A DNA stretch of 40,880 nucleotides from Mogibacterium sp. Its GTDB lineage: Bacteria > Bacillota > Clostridia > Peptostreptococcales > Anaerovoracaceae. Position 1 is the first letter of the stretch. Each line of letters opens with the position of its first letter. Below the pieces are notes generated by a model, which saw nothing but the letters and a program-made list of their open reading frames with translations, was not told the DNA's origin and did not search any database. The position numbers and the translations under genes are program-made. The stretch lies in NCBI GenBank assembly GCA_017433945.1, contig JAFRGH010000062.1:1-40880 (forward strand). The letters are read 5' to 3'. Below, in pieces: positions 35,889 through 40,880 of this stretch.

Positions 35889-38363
35889 ATGCGTGACGCG
35901 TCAGATGAAATAAAAATCATAAAAGTGGGCAGCAGAGCAAGCAGGCTTGCTGTCATACAGTCAGAGCTGGTCATGGAACGAATAGAGAGGGCTTTTCCGG
36001 GAATCAGGACAGAGCTTGTCACTATGAAGACCACCGGCGACAGGATACTGGATAAGACTCTCGACAAGATAGGAGGCAAGGGACTCTTTGTCAGGGAGCT
36101 TGATGAGGCTCTTCGGACGGGAGCCTGCGACATTTGCGTGCACAGCCTTAAGGACCTGCCCCGTGACATAGATGAGGCGATACCGCTGGCTGCTCTTTCC
36201 GAAAGAGAGGATGCTCGTGATGTGCTTATTCTGCCTGAGGGCCGGATCGAGCCCGATCCGGCTCTTCCAATCGGCACTTCGAGCCTGAGGCGAAGGCTCC
36301 AGATAGAGAAGCTGTATCCGGGAGTCGAAACTGCTCCTGTCAGGGGAAATGTCGAGACGCGCCTCAAAAAGCTGGATGAAGGAATGTATTCGGGACTCGT
36401 CATGGCCGCTGCCGGGATAAAGAGGCTGGGTCTTGAACACAGGATCAGCAGATATTTCGGTCCCGATGAGATGATTCCGGCGCCATGCCAGGGCATACTC
36501 GGAATACAGGCAAGACAGACGGACGATGCTGTCATGGAAATTCTCAAAAGCATCAGCGTGAGAGAGTCTGAGCTGTGCGCCGCTGCGGAGAGGGCTTTTG
36601 TCAGCAGGATAGGAGCCGACTGCGGCTCGCCCGATACGGCGTATTCATGGATAGATGGAGATATCATGGATATCGTCGGAATGAGATATGACGAAGGCAG
36701 TGGGCAGATGATACGTGCAAGCTTAAGGAGCAGCGTCAGGGACAGAGATGATGCCGCCGCTCTGGGGACAGAGCTGGCAGAGAGACTGATGAAGTCCGCA
36801 GAGAATAAAGGAAAGGTCTGGCTTGTAGGCGCCGGTCCGGGAGACTGTACGCTGATGACGATAAAGGGCATGGAGGTCCTGTCGAAAGCCGATGTCGTGA
36901 TCTATGACGCTCTGATCGGAGACAGCATACTGTCAATGATGCCCGAAAGAGCGGAGCTGATATATGCAGGCAAGAGATCCGGAGTCCATACTCTTAAGCA
37001 GGATGAGATCAATGAAGCTCTGCTGGATAAAGCCCTGCAGGGCCTTAATGTCGTCAGGCTCAAAGGCGGTGATCCTTTTCTCTTCGGGAGAGGAGGAGAG
37101 GAAGTGGAGCTGCTGATAAAAAACGGCATTCCTTATGAGATAGTGCCCGGTGTGACCAGCGCGTTCGCCGTCCCGGCATACGCAGGCATACCTGTCACGC
37201 ACAGAGATTATTGCTCTTCGGTACATGTGATCACAGGACACAGGCGCAAGCCGGCTGACAAGCATCAGTGCTCCGGTGATACTGCGCCTCCGCTTTACGA
37301 TATAGATTTTGCTTCGCTGGTGAAAAGCGGGGGGACTCTTGTATTCCTTATGGGTGTTTCTTCGCTCCGCTTCATAGTAAAGGGACTGCTGGACGCCGGG
37401 ATGGATCCGGATACACCGGCGGCGATAGTAGAAAAAGGAACTACTTCAGAGCAGAGGACGGTTTCGGCAAGCCTCAGTGAACTGCCGGATGAGGCAGAGA
37501 GGGCAAAAGTCCGGATGCCTGCCGTCATAGTCATAGGCAGGGTTGCGTCACTTGCGGACAGCTTAAGCTGGAGGGCTGATCTGCCTCTTGCCGGCGTCAG
37601 AGCTGTGGTGACAAGACCAAAGGAGCTCAGCTCAGGTCTTGCGGCCAGACTCAGGGCAAAGGGAGCGGAGGTCATAGAGCTGCCCGTGATCGGAATAGAG
37701 CCGATAGCTGACAATGCTGCGCTTGATGAAGCTATAGTAAGGCTTCGTGAAGGCTCATATGAGTGGATAGTATTCACGAGCCCGAGCGGCGTAAAGGTAT
37801 TCCTTGAAGCTCTTATGAAGGAATGCGATCTCAGGGCTCTTGCAGGCTGCAAAATAGCCGTGATCGGAAGAGGCAGCGAAAGAGAGCTTATCAGATACGG
37901 GATACGGCCGGACATGATACCTTCGGTGTACGACGGCGAGACTCTCGGCAAGGAACTTGCGAAGCTGCTCAGATCCGGGGACAGGATACTGATACCGAGG
38001 GCAAGAATAGGAAACAGGGCGCTGACAGCTGAACTGGAGGCTTCAGACGCTGCCGATATAGAGATATCCGATATAGCAAGCTACGAGACCGTATATAAAA
38101 AACCTGAGTGGTTCGACGCCGGAGCTGTTTTCGCAAATGATAATACCTACGCGGTATTTACCAGCGCTTCCACTGTCAGAGGCTTTGTAAATGCGTGCCC
38201 TGATATGGATATGAGCTGCGTAAATGCAGTCTGCATCGGCAGACAGACTGCCGCAGAGGCGTCAAAACACGGCATGAGAGTATATATTTCCGCGGAGGCG
38301 ACGCTTGAATCTCTGGTACAGAGACTTGAAGAAGCTGCCGGCACAGGGACTGAAAAGCTATAG
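35889..38363 (+). CDS. hemC/cobA/hemD: Triple fusion of hydroxymethylbilane synthase (HemC), uroporphyrinogen-III C-methyltransferase (CobA/SUMT) and uroporphyrinogen-III synthase (HemD)
   Basis: 824 aa. The HemC part carries IKVGSRASRLAVIQ, TTGDRILD, GGKGLFVRELD and the cofactor Cys in GADCGSP. SUMT starts at about nt 36807 (VWLVGAGPGDCTLMTIKG, LKGGDPFLFGRGGEE, PGVTSAFAVPAYAGIP). HemD starts at about nt 37584 (LAGVRAVVTRP...WIVFTSPSGV). Confidence 0.9.
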   Translation: MRDASDEIKIIKVGSRASRLAVIQSELVMERIERAFPGIRTELVTMKTTGDRILDKTLDKIGGKGLFVRELDEALRTGACDICVHSLKDLPRDIDEAIPLAALSEREDARDVLILPEGRIEPDPALPIGTSSLRRRLQIEKLYPGVETAPVRGNVETRLKKLDEGMYSGLVMAAAGIKRLGLEHRISRYFGPDEMIPAPCQGILGIQARQTDDAVMEILKSISVRESELCAAAERAFVSRIGADCGSPDTAYSWIDGDIMDIVGMRYDEGSGQMIRASLRSSVRDRDDAAALGTELAERLMKSAENKGKVWLVGAGPGDCTLMTIKGMEVLSKADVVIYDALIGDSILSMMPERAELIYAGKRSGVHTLKQDEINEALLDKALQGLNVVRLKGGDPFLFGRGGEEVELLIKNGIPYEIVPGVTSAFAVPAYAGIPVTHRDYCSSVHVITGHRRKPADKHQCSGDTAPPLYDIDFASLVKSGGTLVFLMGVSSLRFIVKGLLDAGMDPDTPAAIVEKGTTSEQRTVSASLSELPDEAERAKVRMPAVIVIGRVASLADSLSWRADLPLAGVRAVVTRPKELSSGLAARLRAKGAEVIELPVIGIEPIADNAALDEAIVRLREGSYEWIVFTSPSGVKVFLEALMKECDLRALAGCKIAVIGRGSERELIRYGIRPDMIPSVYDGETLGKELAKLLRSGDRILIPRARIGNRALTAELEASDAADIEISDIASYETVYKKPEWFDAGAVFANDNTYAVFTSASTVRGFVNACPDMDMSCVNAVCIGRQTAAEASKHGMRVYISAEATLESLVQRLEEAAGTGTEKL

Positions 38364-38380
38364 CATATGAGGAGTGTGGT

Positions 38381-39073
38381 ATGAAAAAAGGAAAAGCATA
38401 TGGCGTCGGAGTTGGCCCGGGCGATCCTGAGCTGATGACTCTCAAAGCCTGCAGGCTGATTCGCGAAAATGATGTTATAGCAGTACCGGGCAGATCTGCA
38501 AAGGACGCGGTGGCATACAAAATAGCTGCCGCGGCTGTGCCTGAGATAGAGCACAAAGAACTGCTGCCTGTTTATATGCCTATGGTCAGGGACGGGGAGC
38601 TGATCAGGAAGAGCCACAGGGAGGCTGCTGACGCTGTCGAAAAATACCTTGATGCAGGGAAAAACGTCGTCTATATCACTCTCGGCGACTCGACTATATA
38701 CTGCACCTTCAGCTATATCCAGCATCTGCTCGAGGCAGACGGATACGAGACAGAGCTTATCCCCGGAATACCGTCATTCTGCGCGGCGGCAGCAAGACTC
38801 GGCGTTTCGCTTACGGAATGGAATGAGCCTCTGCATGTCGTGCCGGCTCTTCACAACACTGAGGAAGGCTCGCTTGAATGGCGCGGCAATTATGCTCTGA
38901 TGAAATCAGCGAGCAGGATGCGTGAGGTAAAGGAAATGCTCGCAAAGACCGGCATGGAGGTACAGGCTGTCGAAAACTGCAGCATGGATAACGAAAAGGT
39001 CTACCGCTCGCTTGAAGAGATACCGGATGATGCAGGGTATTTTTCGCTGATCATCGCGAAGGAAAAGAAATGA
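38381..39073 (+). CDS. cbiL: Cobalt-precorrin-2 C20-methyltransferase
   Basis: 230-aa ORF with SD GAGGAG, of the tetrapyrrole methylase family (AYGVGVGPGDPELMTLKA, TLGDSTIY, IPGIPSFCAAAA). Confidence 0.88.
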   Translation: MKKGKAYGVGVGPGDPELMTLKACRLIRENDVIAVPGRSAKDAVAYKIAAAAVPEIEHKELLPVYMPMVRDGELIRKSHREAADAVEKYLDAGKNVVYITLGDSTIYCTFSYIQHLLEADGYETELIPGIPSFCAAAARLGVSLTEWNEPLHVVPALHNTEEGSLEWRGNYALMKSASRMREVKEMLAKTGMEVQAVENCSMDNEKVYRSLEEIPDDAGYFSLIIAKEKK

Positions 39074-39906
39074 TAGAACTGCGCGGCCTTACTAAAAAAT
39101 TCGGCAGCTTTACTGCTGCCGACGATCTCTCCTTTACGATAGAGACAGGAGAGTTTTTCGGACTGCTCGGGCCTAACGGCGCCGGCAAGACTACGACTAT
39201 AAGCATGCTGTCGACAGTCCTGCTGCCAAGCTCAGGAGAGATACTGATAGACGGAGCCGGACTGACAAGAGCTGCTTCGGAGCAGAAGCGCAAGCTGGCC
39301 GTGATCACTCAGGAATATTCCATGCGCCAGGACATGACCATGGACGAGGTGATGGAATATCAGGGCCGCCTCTACTATATGCCGAAAAAGGAGATCAGGA
39401 AAAGGTCGGCAGAGCTGCTTGAATTTGCCGGCCTCAGTGAGTTTCGCCGCAGGACGGTCAGGCATCTCTCGGGCGGCATGAAGCGAAAGCTCATGATATG
39501 CAGGGCCCTTTTGACAGAACCTGAGATACTGCTGCTCGATGAGCCGACCGCGGGCATGGACGCTCTGTCAAGACGGCAGATGTGGAACCTTTTGAGGCAG
39601 GTGAACAGCAGGGACATGACCATACTACTCACGACTCATTACATAGAGGAGGCGGAGGCCCTCTGCGACAGGGTGGCAATGATAAACCGCGGCAGACTGC
39701 AAAAGCTGGACACCCCGGCCGCTCTTATTGCTGAGATCGGCGGGTTCACAGTCGACGAGACCGGTGCGGACGGTCTTGTGAGCACGCATTTCGCGAGCAG
39801 GGAGGACGCGATAGCATACCTCGGCAGCACAGGCGCGGATTCGGTACTGAGACAGACTACGCTCGAGGACGTATTCATAGACGCCGCCGGCAGGGCAATC
39901 AGATAA
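39070..39906 (+). CDS. ABC transporter ATP-binding protein (ABC-2/DrrA-like subfamily)
   Basis: The ATG overlaps the cbiL stop (ATGA). Walker A GPNGAGKTT, signature LSGGMKRKL and Walker B LLLDEPTAGMD are present. Confidence 0.88.
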   Translation: MIELRGLTKKFGSFTAADDLSFTIETGEFFGLLGPNGAGKTTTISMLSTVLLPSSGEILIDGAGLTRAASEQKRKLAVITQEYSMRQDMTMDEVMEYQGRLYYMPKKEIRKRSAELLEFAGLSEFRRRTVRHLSGGMKRKLMICRALLTEPEILLLDEPTAGMDALSRRQMWNLLRQVNSRDMTILLTTHYIEEAEALCDRVAMINRGRLQKLDTPAALIAEIGGFTVDETGADGLVSTHFASREDAIAYLGSTGADSVLRQTTLEDVFIDAAGRAIR

Positions 39907-39915
39907 TTAGATCAA

Positions 39916-40060
39916 CGGCTCAAAGAGCCCGTGCGAGAGTACGGCTCTCTCCTCGCTGCGGCTTAACGCAGCGGTACTAAGCTCTGTCTTCGCAGCAAGC
40001 TGCTCGCCAATCGCTAAGTACCGGCTGCCGCAGAGCCTCTCGCTCGGGCTCTTTGAGCCG
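39916..40060. repeat. Roughly 145-nt imperfect inverted-repeat / extended stem-loop element between the ABC-2 genes
   Basis: The outer arms CGGCTCAAAGAGCCCG (39916-39931) and CGGGCTCTTTGAGCCG (40045-40060) are perfect complements. Pairing continues inward (GCGAGAG/CTCTCGC, GGCTCT/AGAGCC, GCGGTACTAAGC/GCTAAGTACCGGC) with bulges. The central palindrome is GCAGCAAGCTGC. Confidence 0.85.
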
Positions 40061-40065
40061 CTTAT

Positions 40066-40110
40066 AGGCATAATAGTTACAGGCATAATAGTTATGGGTA
40101 TAATAACTGT
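40066..40110 (+). repeat. 15-bp tandem repeat (two near-identical units plus one degenerate) spanning the permease start codon
   Basis: AGGCATAATAGTTAC / AGGCATAATAGTTAT / GGGTATAATAACTGT. Each unit contains a CATAAT or TATAAT hexamer. The ATG at 40094 lies at the junction of units 2 and 3. Confidence 0.85.
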
Positions 40111-40825
40111 ACTCTGGGAAAAGTGGGTCGAATTCCGGCGGGATTTCTACAAGATCACCGTGGCAGCGATGATCTCTCCTTTGATGTACCTGATTATTTT
40201 CGGCCTCGGCATACGCACGACCTCGCACGGGGAGCCGTATATACAGTTCCTCGTTCCGGGCCTTGTCGCGATGACCACCATGACCGGCAGCTTCAGCGCC
40301 GTGGCCCAGAACATGAGCGTTCAGAGGCTGTATGAAAAAGCTCTTGACCAGGTCATGATATCTCCTACGCCGCTCTGGCAGTTCATAGCCGGTCAGATAA
40401 TCGGAGGGAGCCTTCGAGGCATCTATGCCGCCTGTGTCATACTTGTCCTGACTGTTCCGGTCAGACACGGACTCGTATTCAACGGCACATCGTTCATCGT
40501 GATGCTGCTAAACGGCATGGTGTTCTCAACGCTGGCGCTTGTTCTTTCATTTCTTTCGAAGACATACTCAGATGCTCCGAGGTTCAATACATATATAATC
40601 ATGCCGATGTCATTTCTCTGCAACACATTCTTTTCGGTCGAGGAAATGCCGGACGGTTTCAGACAGGTGATAGAGCTGCTGCCTCTGTCGCAGGCGAGCG
40701 GCATGATAAGAAGCATCGCGCGCGGGGATGCTCCGGGGATGCTCGGATTCCTGATCCTCTTAATCTATCTTGCTGTACTCAGCGTCATATCAGTTTATTT
40801 CATATACCGTAAAAAGAATCTGTAG
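40094..40825 (+). CDS. ABC-2 type transporter permease
   Basis: 243-aa ORF with six predicted hydrophobic helices. The N-terminal ...EFRRDFYKI... and overall pattern are typical of ABC-2 permeases paired with DrrA-like ATPases. Confidence 0.82.
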   Translation: MGIITVLWEKWVEFRRDFYKITVAAMISPLMYLIIFGLGIRTTSHGEPYIQFLVPGLVAMTTMTGSFSAVAQNMSVQRLYEKALDQVMISPTPLWQFIAGQIIGGSLRGIYAACVILVLTVPVRHGLVFNGTSFIVMLLNGMVFSTLALVLSFLSKTYSDAPRFNTYIIMPMSFLCNTFFSVEEMPDGFRQVIELLPLSQASGMIRSIARGDAPGMLGFLILLIYLAVLSVISVYFIYRKKNL

Positions 40826-40836
40826 GAGGCGGAGTG

Positions 40837-40880
40837 ATGGATAAGAGCATTATGGACAGGCTCCGCGAAGGACCGTCTGT
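40837..40880 (+). CDS. 5' end of an unidentified ORF (MDKSIMDRLREGPS...) running off the window
   Basis: ATG preceded by the strong SD GTAGGAGGCGGAG, 12 nt after the permease stop. It is too short to identify. Confidence 0.4.
   Translation, partial: MDKSIMDRLREGPS

Noticed and set aside
1-40880. CRISPR arrays, tRNA/rRNA genes, transposases, integrases, prophage or toxin-antitoxin pairs
   Set aside because: Visual scanning found no repeat-spacer periodicity, no cloverleaf-like conserved tRNA boxes and no ORFs with recombinase or transposase motifs. The only repeats are those listed as features.

Overview
All convincing genes in this 40.9 kb window are on the + strand. Gene content (pcrA-ligA pair, split transketolase, early-cobalt-insertion cbi pathway, lipobox lipoproteins) suggests an anaerobic Firmicute/Clostridia-like chromosome; this is inference. 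Positions 1-11.8 kb are mostly housekeeping: the 3' end of gdhA, pcrA, ligA, mgtE, a two-subunit transketolase, a secreted beta-sandwich protein and an ECF sigma/anti-sigma pair. Positions 12.2-13.9 kb hold a two-gene module: an unrecognisable 138-aa protein plus a double-cubane-cluster (HgdB/YjiM-family) anaerobic reductase, with no activator ATPase nearby. A cobalamin riboswitch sits at about 14.07-14.28 kb. It heads a co-directional array of about 26 kb: an exported CbiK-like lipoprotein, a tandem-domain lipoprotein, a BtuFCD-type ABC importer, then a near-complete anaerobic cobalamin pathway. That pathway is cobQ, cobT-cobU fusion, cobS, cobC, cbiB, cobD, cbiC, cbiD, cbiF, cbiG, cbiH, cbiJ-cbiE-cbiT fusion, cbiA, a Cys-rich small protein, hemB, hemC-cobA-hemD fusion and cbiL, followed by an ABC-2 ATPase/permease pair. 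I found no tRNA, rRNA, CRISPR array, transposase or integrase. The most interesting points are: (i) the riboswitch-led exported CbiK-like plus NEAT-like lipoprotein plus importer module, a candidate Gram-positive surface corrinoid-capture system; (ii) the orphan double-cubane reductase with an unknown partner; (iii) two in-frame nonsense codons at conserved residues (gdhA Gln to TAG, CbiK-like Trp to TGA) and a catalytic His to Leu change; (iv) a roughly 145-nt structured inverted-repeat element and a 15-bp tandem repeat inserted between the ABC-2 genes; (v) three multi-domain fusions in the tetrapyrrole pathway. All homology statements rest on motif recognition by eye from the translations. 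No database search was run.
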